Source: Callorhinchus milii (lineage: Eukaryota). From it: a stretch of 64,000 nucleotides of DNA. The notes beneath the pieces are model-generated. The model did not search any database. It saw nothing but the letters and a program-made list of their open reading frames with translations, and had not been told where the DNA came from. Each line of letters begins with the position of its first letter. Position 1 is the first letter of the stretch. Position numbers and translations under genes: made by a program. Below are positions 13,130 to 24,719 of this stretch, one piece after another. The stretch covers positions 15,812,001 through 15,876,000 of the forward strand of contig NW_024704743.1 of the NCBI RefSeq assembly GCF_018977255.1, given 5' to 3'.

Positions 13130-13770
13130 ACAGGTGTCTACCTGGGTCAGGTGGTTACACTTCTGACTCTGGGTCAGGATGTTGTTGGGACTTGAAGTCA
13201 CTGTCCAGGCTGGCACTCCAGTGCAGTACTGGGAGAGCACTGTATTTGCAGATGTGCCATCCCTTGGATGAGATGCTAAACTGAGGTCCCATCTGTCTGT
13301 TCAGGTGGATTTTTAAGATCCTGTGGCACTATTCAAAAAAGGGATTTTCTCCCGGTGTTCTGGCCAACCATCCCCCAAATAAAAAATGTGATCATTCAGT
13401 GTCGAATTGTGGGACATTGCTGTGCACAGATTAGTTTACAGTAAAACCCCTGTGAAATATTTTGATGATGTGATAAAATGCTGTACCAAAAGCAAAGCTA
13501 ATTTAATGTTAAACTGAGAGCCTATCTACCTGTTTTTCAGAGGGATGTTTAAAAATACTATGGCACTCTTCGAAAGAGTTTCTCCTGGTGTCCTGGCCAA
13601 CAATCCCACAGATAAATTAGTCGTTCACTTCAATGGCTGTTTGTGAGACCTTGTTGGCATAAACAGCTGCACCGTTTGCCCAGAAATAACAGTCAGTCAC
13701 TGCGCAGAAAAGTAATTACTATGAACAGTGAGAATCATTTTGATGTAAAGGCCACAATAAAATGCTCATT
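13130..13770 (+). mobile_element. Two tandem Deu-domain SINEs (second is 5'-truncated from ~13505)
   Basis: gcactccagtgcagtactggg...ggatgagatgctaaactgaggtcccatctgtctgttcaggtggat...ggcactattc; the motif recurs at 13510-13600. Confidence 0.8.
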
Positions 13771-14699
13771 CATTCATACTATGTCTATTCTCCTATGAAT
13801 CCTGGATTATTACTGAAATTGATGGGATTAATCATTTGACTAAACATCCTAAATGCCTTCAGACTGGAGGCAGATCTTGGAAAACATCACTCTCCGGACT
13901 CAAAGCCTTGACATAGGCTGACTGCTCCATTTTAATTTGGTTTACGGTTTGGATCTGTAAATTTGGACCTCCTGTTATTACAGGGCACAGTAAAATCTGG
14001 CCCCCAGTTGACATCACTTCCTGCAAACGATGCACATCACTTACTACATCCTATGCATGGGAAGCACCGCTGATGTCACGTCCTTCATGCAGGATGTGGT
14101 ATAAGTGGGTCAAAGTATTCTATAAAGAAGTCAGCCTGTTCTTAAAAAGGATTATTTCATAAGGAATAAAAACACACCCTCCTCTATGTAATTTTACAAT
14201 TATGACTTTTAAGTTAATTTGTTTAAATAAATATTTGCTTCCCTAAACAGCTTGACCGCCACCTTCACAGTATTTCTAAAGCTGGCCATAGCAATGCGAT
14301 ATTTTCTCACTCAGCCTCAGCAACTTTCTCTCCTCCCTTCAGTTACAGCAATGAATGTAACAAACAGCAGGAGGAGGCACTGTGAGCCGATACTCTAAAC
14401 CAAAAAAAAGTGGATTTGTTCTCTAGCCTCAGAAACAGTATGGGAATCAGGTCTGCCTGGGAGGTCAGCCAGCACATAGAGAAAAATAGTTCTTAGAAAT
14501 GGGTGTGAGGCCATTGGAGGACCTTATCCTGGAGTTACCCTTTAAAAATTCTATGAATCTTTTGTCTACTTCAAAGGCTCACAAATTGTACAGCTTCAAG
14601 GTCATTGAGGCTGCAGGAGAAAGCCAGATCCTGGCTTACGGGGTAATTGGAGAGTCCTGCATCAGAATAAGCACACAGGGCACAGGTAACGTGGATACA

Positions 14700-14950
14700 G
14701 GGCTCATACCAACCACCAAAAACAAAGGAATGTTGAAAAATATCTTTATACCTTGCTCTCTGAGGCTCCATTCTGGAGCCCCTCTGACTTGACCCACCCC
14801 TCCCCATGTTCAAGACATATCTCTGACTTTTGGACATCTTTCTTCTCCCCACCCTCTTCAGTTTTCTAGCTCCGGCACCCAGCGAACAGTGTCAAGTGCT
14901 TTGAGACATCCTCCTGATGTGAAAGGACTATATAAATGTAAATTACACTG
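14700..14950 (+). mobile_element. L2 3' end, decayed
   Basis: Tail gtgctttgagacatcctcctgatgtgaaaggactatataaatgta. Confidence 0.65.
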
Positions 14951-14952
14951 TA

Positions 14953-15515
14953 CTAGCTTGTACCAATTGCAGCTATGCTTGCAGCCAGTTTCATTTAATC
15001 GGCCTTGTCTCTTTCATCTCACATTTTTATTTGTCTGTGACAGGCTGGATCTTCGCTTCTTAGGCATTTTTATCCCTTAAGATAACGAAAATGTGCTACT
15101 GAACTCATTTGCATCCCTTGTTCACATATTTGCACAAATATCCTTTTGGGAGGACTCCTGTGGGGCGACTCCAGATCATGTCTCTACGTCAATCGGTTAG
15201 ACAGATGCACAGAAAGATATTTTGTCTATATTAATATAGATGTATCTCTTTAGAAGGGTGTGTGACCTCTGCTGCTACTTTGTGGTAGAAAATCATGCAT
15301 ACCTTTTTTGGGGCTTACTTAAAGCATTTTTTAATATATTTTTGAATATAGCTCATCTACGATAAGAGTTCCCTGAAAAAACATATGCCCATGATGCTCT
15401 CCCTTGCAAGACCTTTCCGATGAGGTATAAGAAATATCTCTACGTCAATCGGTTATTACATTCTTGGCGGACACACAGATCACACAAATAGACATTTTGT
15501 CTTTATTAAGATAGA
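14953..15515 (-). mobile_element. Non-autonomous Helitron with two 5' ends
   Basis: Minus strand A|TCTATCTTAATAAAGAC... (15515) and a second A|TCTATATTAATATAGAC... (15240); 3' end ...TGCAAGC-ATA-GCTGCA-ATTGGTACAAGCTAG|T (14953). Confidence 0.6.
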
Positions 15516-16247
15516 TGGAGATGGAAGCTATTCTTTGAAATAACTGAGGCCCTTGCTTATGCGTCTAACAGAGGAACATAGGAATTCAGGAACATGAGAA
15601 GGACATTTGGACCATTGAACAATCTCCACGGCAGACCATTTCATTGAACTATGTTCTACTGCCAATTTTTCTCTGCTCTCATTTTCCTGTCTGCTTGCTA
15701 CATCTATGGGCTTTGGTCCTCTGTCTTATTGCTGCTTGTGGCGGTTGTGGTGTGACTTGCATAAGACCTGCACCAACTGTCTCTCCTGGCCACAGCAAGG
15801 AGCTGTCAGGTCTGCAGGTGCAATCATCTTCATCATCTCCCCCAATGTATTTGGTGGCTACACTTTTGGGCAGATCTTTGGGTGAATATATGTTAGCCTC
15901 ACGAGTCCAAGCTTTACATCTGCTTTTCACTGAGCATGCCTAAAATAATGTTAGACAATAGGTGGAAGTATAATGCCCCAGCCAAGTCCTTGAGGAGATG
16001 TGTATTTGGAGTTTGAAATAAGAGCTTTGAATCTTGTTTCAAGACTTGGAGTGTTACCACTTTGGTAACAAGGCAGGCAGTTGTCTTGTGTCACTTTCTT
16101 TAAAGCAAAGCAAAAGCGTTCAAGTGGTGTTTCCAATAAGCTTTGCCATCAGGATCATGTTAAAAACTCAGCTCTTGGATAAAGTCAGCTTAAATAGGGA
16201 CTTGTGCCAAAACATCTTCCGGAAGACTTAAAGTGAGTCTCCTGTAT

Positions 16248-17580
16248 GTCATGCCGACTCCTGAGAACTCCGCTCCAACTGGAAATACAGTCATGAGTCA
16301 GCTGTCATCAGAATGGAAGTTCCATGAAACTTATGATACCCAGTTTCTCAATTAGTGAATCCAGCTCTCGTGGTTCCATTTTCTCATACAAAACATCCTG
16401 ATTTTTAATACAGGAGTCCTGTATTAGTTAGAGCACTCGCCTCGCAAGCGAAAGAACCTGAGTTTGGTTCCCAGGCACGGCAAATACTTAGGCAAGTTTC
16501 CTTACTCCTCACGCCTCTGTTTACCTAGCAGTAAGTAGGATCCCGGTTGTCAGTCATTTGGTGGATAGCTTCCAGGGATAACAATCCCTTCCAAAAAATA
16601 TATACAAATTTCGGTCACTCAATCCACGGCTCTTTGTGGAAGGCTGCTGTGCACAATTGGCTGCCACGTTTCACCCACAAAATATACATCAATTCACTTG
16701 ACCGTATATTCTGTGAAGCACTTTGAAACGTCTCAGCAAAGTGATAAGGCACTATATCAAAAGCAAGGATTATTATTATTAAATCTCACCAGAGACAGTT
16801 GTCACTCATAGATGCAGCAGCCCGAGAGAGGTGAAACAGTAGTTTTGACACTTTACAGAGATTGTACAGCATGGAAACAGGCCATTCGGCCCAGCCAGTC
16901 CACACTGGTGTTTATACTCCACAAGTCCCCACTCTCTCCTTACTCCCTCTCATGCCTTTCTGTTACCTTCTCTCTCACGTGTATACTTCCTCAAGGTGTG
17001 GAACAGATGATCAGAGAATAGATCTGCCGCGGCCATTCTATGACCCTTTCCCAACATTCTTTAATAGAAGGACAATCTACGTTTGTGGGAGCGGAGAGGA
17101 GGGGAAAGGGAGGAGAGCTGGGATTGAGAGAGACAGGGCAAAAAATACTTAAAAAAAGCAAAATAAAAATGAAGAAACAGAAAAACAAATCAGTAAGAGT
17201 CAGCCATAAAGTATGTTCCATAAGAGCAGAGCTCTACTAGAGGGAACCTTTCCAAGAGCCTGGGTTTGCCTCACGTAATTCATAGAGTGACAAGCAGCTG
17301 AACTCTGTTGGAAACAATAGTTGGGATGTTTTGTATGAGAAAATGGTGACCACGAGAGCTGGATTTGCTAATTCAGAAACTGGGGCAAAAGGAAGTTGAG
17401 TGTCATAAATTTCATGAATTTCCACTCTGACGTCAGCTGACTCATGACTGTTAAAATGACTGTGTCACAGTGCTCAAAGCGCCCCACTGTTGTAGCACAT
17501 TGATGTTGCACATCAGATGAAATGAGTGATTTACCGAAAGTTGAATTGCCCAATGGAGTTCTCTGTAGTCAATGGTAACA
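16248..17580. repeat. Long inverted repeat pair (16248-16398 / 17324-17580)
   Basis: tcatgagtcagctgtcatcagaatggaag...ttttctcatacaaaacatcc is the reverse complement of ggatgttttgtatgagaaaatgg...cagctgactcatga. Confidence 0.8.
16413..16780 (+). mobile_element. tRNA-derived SINE, long subfamily
   Basis: Full head, central block and (TTA)n tail. Confidence 0.88.
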
Positions 17581-18339
17581 ATTACTAAGCAGTGTGGAAG
17601 CTGAGCAGTGGGAGGCTTTTTACTGGTTAGTAGTATAATGTAAATATTTCCAGGATTTGAGAGAAAGCTACTCTTTCACCACCGCCCAGCCAGCAATCGT
17701 GGCCCAGCCACATCCTTCAGACGCAATCAGTCTGGTTATTGATACACTCACTCCATTACCCACGTAACATCTGGTTTCACTGGAAGCTACAGCAGCTAAT
17801 TTTATGTGCTTGAAAACAGCTGTAATTAAGTGCTTTCTGTAGGCTCGAATTCTATTCAATCCCATTTTCTTTAGGTTCGTTACCAGATTGAAAAAACAGT
17901 TCATTGTAGGTCCTAGAATGTTTCCCATTTTGTGATCCAAATCTGTACTTCAGTTTTCCTAATACCCAAGCACTATGAGACGCTACCCTGCGTGAAGGGT
18001 GCTATATAAATGTGAATTGTTGTATGAATTTCATTCTTCAACTGTTCAGATAAATGTAAGTATGCCGTGTGTGTCACCCTAGTATTTTCACCTCTGAAGG
18101 TTGTCAGAAGATTGTGGGTTGAGCAGTTCATTCACTATTGTATACGTTGCTCAAGATATACATTCCCTTGGAAACAGGACACGTTTCAACTTATTGTTAG
18201 ATCAAACCAAATACCCACATCACATCATGAAAAGCCTCACATGGTAAAAATAACTAGCCCAGGGGCCATTAAATTTCCGCATCCAATTTTCTGATTAAGG
18301 ATTTTTCTAGCCTTAGGGTTGCTGTGAGCTTTGAGTCCT

Positions 18340-18725
18340 AATAATAATAATACTTATATTTGGTATCGCATCTTTCATGTGAGGAGGATGCTTCACAGGA
18401 AATACTATGAAGTATAGTTTTGTGGGCAAATGTGGATTGTGCACAAAATGTTCCACAAACAGCCATGAAGTAAATGACCAATTGTATTGGGGAGATTTTT
18501 GGCCAGGACACCGGGAGAAACTCCACCTTCACTTTTCAAATAGAAAGCATTGGATCTTTAACATCCACCTAAGCAGGCAGACGAGGACTTGGTTTAGTCT
18601 CATCCGAACACAATGAGGGGCACCTCCAGCACTGCATTAGAGTGCGAGCATAGACTGTATGAGTTTTAAGTCCCGAAGTAGGGCTTGAAACCACAAGCTT
18701 CTGATTTAGAGGCAAGAGTGCCAGA
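18340..18725 (-). mobile_element. Deu-domain SINE
   Basis: Reverse-complement Deu core and tRNA-like head. Confidence 0.78.
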
Positions 18726-20669
18726 CAGACCATACTACAGGAAAGGTGTAGCCCGAAATAGCCTGGCCACATGAGGCAAACTATGGCAGTGTGAGCAGAT
18801 TTGTACTGTTGATGCAATTTTCCTGATGCATTATGTTTGAAATGTTTTTTTTTGGTTCTGAACAAATCTACTTTGTCCCTGTTGTAAATAGAGTTTGCAC
18901 ACATAGGTGTGTAGAGCTCAGCTCGTTTCAAATGCTGCATCTTTAACATTGCCAATAAAAACAGTAGTTACCATCTCGTTTCAACTTTCTGCTGTCTACA
19001 ATCATGTACCATTTCTATAATTATATACTATTTTAGTACCATAGATCTTAATTTCCCACAATAAACCTTTGATTGAGTCGCAGGTGAAGTAGTCGCTATG
19101 AGTGATCTCACCTTCGCTGGGTTGATGCAGTGACAATCAAACTGATCAGCAGGAAATGTGAAGGGAGTGGAGTTGATATAACAGCCTGATGTCAGGCTTT
19201 ATCAATGCATTCCTACATCTGAGTTTAATCGATTACACTCTTTTACTCTCTTCATTTTTGTAAATTATTGTTTCATGCATCAGTGGAAATGAATATTCAA
19301 CTGCCTTCCTCCTGCCTAAATCACAATATGCTGAAACATGTCCTGTCTCAGAGAGAATGTGTAACTTGACCAACTTATACAGTGATGTTCACCTACAGAA
19401 TACACAGTCTCTCTACTTGGTAAGTATTTCCTGTGAGACATCCTCTTGACATGAAATTGACCTATAACAAATACAAGGATTATTATTATATTATTATTAA
19501 ATCAGAAATATGTGCAACAGAAAGCAATATGACTCACTTCATATAGCGGGTAAACAATTTCATACTAGCATGCATGCTGCCAGCCTACTTAGTAGTATAA
19601 CCAGTAACACACCCATCCACACACATGCTTTCTTATACACGCACAAGCACTGAACACTTTGTACCTCTTCCTTAATAGGCATGCGGTTGTTCCTCTCCAG
19701 CACACTTGCAATAATGATATTTTTATGTGCTTATATTCTGCCTTTATTTTTATAAAGGGAAATCAATCCGATTTTAAAAATGTAGATGAGTATGCCCAAA
19801 ATTCAATGCCCCAAATCGAAACATGTAAAAAAAATGATTTCCTTCTGAATCAAGTGCCTCACATATATATCTGTGCTGAAAGCTCTCCAAAGCTTGTATA
19901 TACACGCACCATTATTTGTTCTACTCTTCTGCTTCTTTTCATATCTAGTTATATCAATGGTCCTATATAAATCTAAGTTGCTGTAGTTACAATTAAGATA
20001 TTCCCCCCAAATCTCTGGTATCAGTCATGCTTTTAGTGCCACTGACAAATGTTTATGGAATCTGAGATTCATTTCTAAGGCTTTCATTTGTGCCGCGTCT
20101 CCCTCCCTCCTTTCTTTTCACTTTTGGCTTGCTGTTAATGGTAAGTGCAAGGCTCCTCATTTTATTGTGTATCAGTTCAATCATTTACATAACTCTCCAT
20201 CGACCACTGCTCCAGGATTCTGTGTTCTTCTAGTGTTCCATTCCATGTGTTTTCCATTTTACTTCTGATGGCTTCAGCATGTGTATATCTTTGATTTTTA
20301 GCTTTCTGGTCCGTCTGTGTATGTTTCCACATTTTTCTTTTAATCTAGATTTTTTATATAATCTTCAATCCCCAGTCCCTATTCCTAAAGTTTCCCCTTT
20401 CTTTAACTACTTCATCGCTGAAGCTACACATACTATTAAATTCATTCATTTCTTCTTGTAACATTCACTAGTATTTTTTGCCAACAACCATTTCATATCC
20501 TCACGATGTGAAATGCACTATATAAATGTAAATTTGTATTGTTGTATTTCATTTCAGCACCTTGGGATGTCCTCCCGACGTGAAAGGCATCATATAAATA
20601 CAATTTGTTGTTTTTTCTATTCATGTAATATAAAGCACTCTGAAAAGTTTATTTCATGTGATAGATCTA

Positions 20670-21000
20670 TAACCCTGTAAGCTAAAGCCCTAACAGGGTG
20701 GTCCTTGCTGGACAAGCAGCAGGAAAGCTTGCCAGAAAGTGCTAACGGTGGGAAGCTATGCAGTTTTACCAAACTCTGGGGTCCCCAAACCTTGGCTCTT
20801 GCCAACCTGCACCTAATACCTTCTGGAGTTCGGGAAGCATAATGCATCCCTCCGTGGAGATAGTGCGCATTCCATTCCAACAGTTTATCTCTGGAATTTC
20901 TGTATGTAGGTGGGATGCGTGGAATTCTCAGTTTGATTTGGATACTCTTATTCATGGTGATGAGTTTCCGCATGTGTCAGTCATCTGGCTGATCAAAAAG
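20670..21000 (+). repeat. Unclassified structured repeat X, copy 2
   Basis: aaccctgtaagctaaagccctaac...catgtgtcagtcatctggctgatcaaaaa. Confidence 0.82.
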
Positions 21001-22344
21001 AATGCAAGTTGCCATTGTAGTTTATGAAGAATAAAATATGGATGGAATTTTATTGTAGAGGTGGCACACTGGGCGGTGTCCAATAACTATAAATGCAGAA
21101 AACAAAGTGCAAGTTCATTATACAGTAGCCAGTATATTAGTCTGTACTAGTTTCCTAGATTTTTGTTATTCTTATATGATATGCATTCTTTTCCATTCAT
21201 TTTCTTTGCCATTTGTGTCTTGCTTTCTGACCCCATCTGCTGTCGTCAGTGAACTAACAGCAATGAGATGGGGCAGCACAAGCCAGTTTTTAAGAGACTT
21301 TCTGCAGTGACATTTACCTCACAAACGCTGCCTTGTACCAATAATGTGTTGGATGCCAGTGCCAGTCACCCTAGAGGTGCTGGAAGCTTTACCATTTCAG
21401 TGCAGCTATACACCTGTGGATCTGTTTATTCCAACATGAATACACAGGAATTCAAAGTGAAGTTTTCAAGAACATGGAATTGACAAATCTTTTTGAACAG
21501 AATCTCACATTTTACCCCAATTTGAAGCAGTTCGGTAGCTAAGTGGTTAAATGCTGCTCTGCCGTTGTAATGGACTTGTTTTTCCATTGAAATTGTGCGC
21601 ACCGCAAACACATAGGAAACGTTTTGCCCTTTTACTGGGGAACAAACGCGTATTTTCTACTTCCGTGGGAGCCAGCGGTTCTGTTCGGCTTTATCCTCCA
21701 ATGAGAAGGCCAACCATCAACATTGCGGTCAACCAAGATATCAAAGACAGGTCTTCAAAAAAATGTATTGTTGAGAGCCATAGTTTGAGCCATAGCTGCT
21801 GCTGATTTGAATGGAATAAATATATAAGCATCAGTGATATATCTGTTTTCAGTGCTTTCTGACAAAAACACCAGAGGTCTGTGAAACTTCATCCCTGGAA
21901 CTCTGCGCAGATTTTTGGACTGACGCAACAGCATCTCAACATGTCAGAAATAAAACAAAACTCCACAAAATACCAGATGCAGCTTGCATTCATCTCTTCT
22001 CCTGCCTATGGACCTCTCATTCATCGGTCATTCATTTACTTCATGGCTGTTTGTGATCATTGCTGTGTGCAAGTTAGCTGCCATGTTTGCCTGCAAATGC
22101 AGTCACTATACTTTGCAAATCAATCCATATGATGGCTTGAATGACGTGATAAGGCACTATATTAATATAGGGATGATTATTATTTAAATATGACTCTCCC
22201 TTGTATAGACATGCTTAACCACGTCTTAGGCTCATAGAAATTACAGCACAAGATGGAGTCAATTCAGCTCTTTGAGCCTGAAATTCTACCTCGTCTTCCC
22301 TGTAAGAGCATTCTGTCTTCAAATAAGAACTACAGAACTGTCCA

Positions 22345-22450
22345 TAATTTTTAAATTACAGTATTAATTTGGAAATTGGTATTCCGTAGTTCTTAAAACA
22401 TGAACCGGTTCCCAAATTAAGACTAAATTTAAGAAATTTCTCACAATTTG
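22345..22450. repeat. Palindromic MITE-like relic (same family as 8995-9100)
   Basis: ttaatttggaaattggt ... accggttcccaaattaa inverted arms. Confidence 0.55.
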
Positions 22451-23184
22451 GGGTGATCTTAAATTTTAATACAAAGTAAATAAAAAATTGCTTTAGACCT
22501 TCAGACTAGGTGGCATTTTGAGTCACTGTAGATCATTTCATTGCTAGCTCCTCCGAGCTCAAATCTTAAATGCAAGGATAATTATCTATTGGAGCTATCT
22601 ACTTTAATCCCAAGTCTTCTCTCTTTCCCCAGAACCTTTCATATTATTCCTTTTTAAAAGTTCAGATGGTCTCAGCATCAATAGCCACTTGTGGAAAACC
22701 ATTCCTTGTTCTAATAACTTTCTGAATGAAAACATTTCTTTTAACCTCTCTGAGCTCCAGAGCATGCTTTAAGGTGACCTCCACATTGGCACTTCAGTGC
22801 AATTTCTTCAGCTCTTTCTGTGCTCCCAGCAACCATCAGGGTCAAAGTAATAAAGCTACTTTGCTCACAGTTACATTTGGCTAAACCCCATATTCTGCCT
22901 CATATTTAAAATACAGTGATGCTTACTGCTGGCTTTCTTCATCTTTTTTTTGAACAAATACCAGGAGAGGAGCCAGACATCCAGGTATTTTAAGTTTAAA
23001 ACTAGAAACCAGGAATCCTTGAGTATCTGAGCTAAGATAAGTACCGGAGCTAAGAAGGGATGGATAGTGAATGTTGGTAGACCCATTGACTGTGTAGGTA
23101 AGCAGCACAAAAACATATTTTCCAGCAGAGGGCACTGTATAAAAATAGAAATGTGATCAATTTGTCAATTTCTTAACCCAAAAA

Positions 23185-23460
23185 TACCAAGGCAAGTTAT
23201 AGCTATGTCACCACTGTTGTGCCTGATACTGACTAACTCATATCACACCAGGAATTGAGCCCTGTATGATTCAGTGTTACAACATATGTAGTATTTATTT
23301 ACTGAGCCATTGGGAGCCTCAAAGATGCTAAGCTAAAATCATTATTGGACAGAGCGCTCCTGATGGTTCAGTGGCTTTATCCATGATTAGACAATCCATA
23401 TGGACTGGAAAGGCCTCAGGATTGATCCCTGATCTGGGCTGAATTGACTGATTTATTCAA
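23185..23460. mobile_element. Two divergently oriented heads of an older tRNA-derived SINE
   Basis: Minus-strand copy ~23185-23316 and plus-strand copy ~23355-23460 share ctcc.atgg.tcagt and a tcc(c)tg.t.tg...tga.tt motif. Confidence 0.4.
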
Positions 23461-23539
23461 CCCAGAATGAGTTATTTTCTAGCCAACAAAACACCATACC
23501 TTCTCTTTAGCCTCTACATTATCATTGGCAACTCTCATT

Positions 23540-23763
23540 CTGGTAATCCTTCAAAAACGAAATAAATATATATATTTTAAAAAATAGTAATCTGGTCACT
23601 CAATCCACGATTGTTTGTGGGACACTGCTATGCGCAATTGGCTGCCATGTTTCGCCCACAAAATATACAGTCAATTCACTTTACAGTAAATTCTGTGAAG
23701 CGTTTGAGATGTCTTGAAGATGCGATAAGGCGCAATATCAAATGCAAGGATTATTATTATTAT
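23540..23763 (+). mobile_element. tRNA-derived SINE, 3' half
   Basis: Family body and (TTA)n tail. Confidence 0.85.
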
Positions 23764-23779
23764 CTAAAGAGATAAAATA

Positions 23780-24392
23780 TGAAATTTTGATCTGATGATG
23801 GGGAAGGAAGGGGTAAGGCAGAGGGATAGAGAAAGAGTGTTCCAGAATTTCGGGGCGTAGTGGCTGAAAGAGCGGCCACCGATGGTGGAACGAAGGGCAC
23901 GAGGGACATGCAGGAGGCTGGAGCCAGTCGAGGAGAGGCAGCAGGAAGTGGGTTGGGGAGTAAGCAGGTTGTGGAGGTGCCAGGGCATGAACGTATTTGA
24001 AAATGAGTGTGAGGATCTGAAATCAATCTGTTCGGCAATACGGAGCCAGTGAAGCCTGGCTAGGACTGGTGTGATGGGGGTACGGAGTTTAGTACGGGTG
24101 AGTATGTGAATGGCTGAGTTTTGGATCAGCTGGATTTTGTGGATGGTGGAGCTGGGGAGACCGACAAAGAGGGCATTTGAATAATTGAGGCAGGCAGTGA
24201 CGAATGCATGGACAAGTATTTCGGACGAGGTGGAGGAAGGCGGTCCTGGTCAGGGACCAGATGTGGGTTAGGAAGGATAACTGTGGGTTGAACCTGATGC
24301 CTACGTTACGCACCAGTTCAGTGATTCTGAAAGATAGGCCAGGGAGGTTGAGGAGGTCAGAACCGCAGGACAGAAAACTGCCTAATGTCACT
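23780..24392 (-). mobile_element. L2 LINE fragment
   Basis: ORF pieces VRNVGIRFNPQLSF and TIGGRSFSHYAPKFWNTL. Confidence 0.85.
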
Positions 24393-24708
24393 AATAATAA
24401 TAATAATAATCCTTGCATTTGATATAGCACTTTTCAAATCTTCTCGACGTCTCAAACCGCTTCACAGAATATGCTGTAAAGTGAATTGACCGTATATTTG
24501 TGGGCGAAACGCGGCAGCCAATTAAGCACAGCAGTGTCCCACAAACAGTCGTGGATTGAAAATGACCAATTTATTAATGCTTTGTTTTGGAGGGATTATT
24601 ATTAGGTGTGTGGAGTAAGGAAACTTGCCCAAGGTTTCGTCCTGCCTGGAACTGAACCCAGGTGTCTCGCTTGCAAGGCGAGTGCTCTAACCACTGAGCT
24701 ACAGGACC
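24393..24708 (-). mobile_element. tRNA-derived SINE, short subfamily
   Basis: Reverse complement of the 3096 copy. Confidence 0.9.
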
Positions 24709-24719
24709 ATTAGTGGGGA

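Noticed and set aside
13866..14005. Possible GGGGCCAGATTTT-type MITE
   Set aside because: Only one end matches well (aaaatctggcccc); the other is too degenerate to support.
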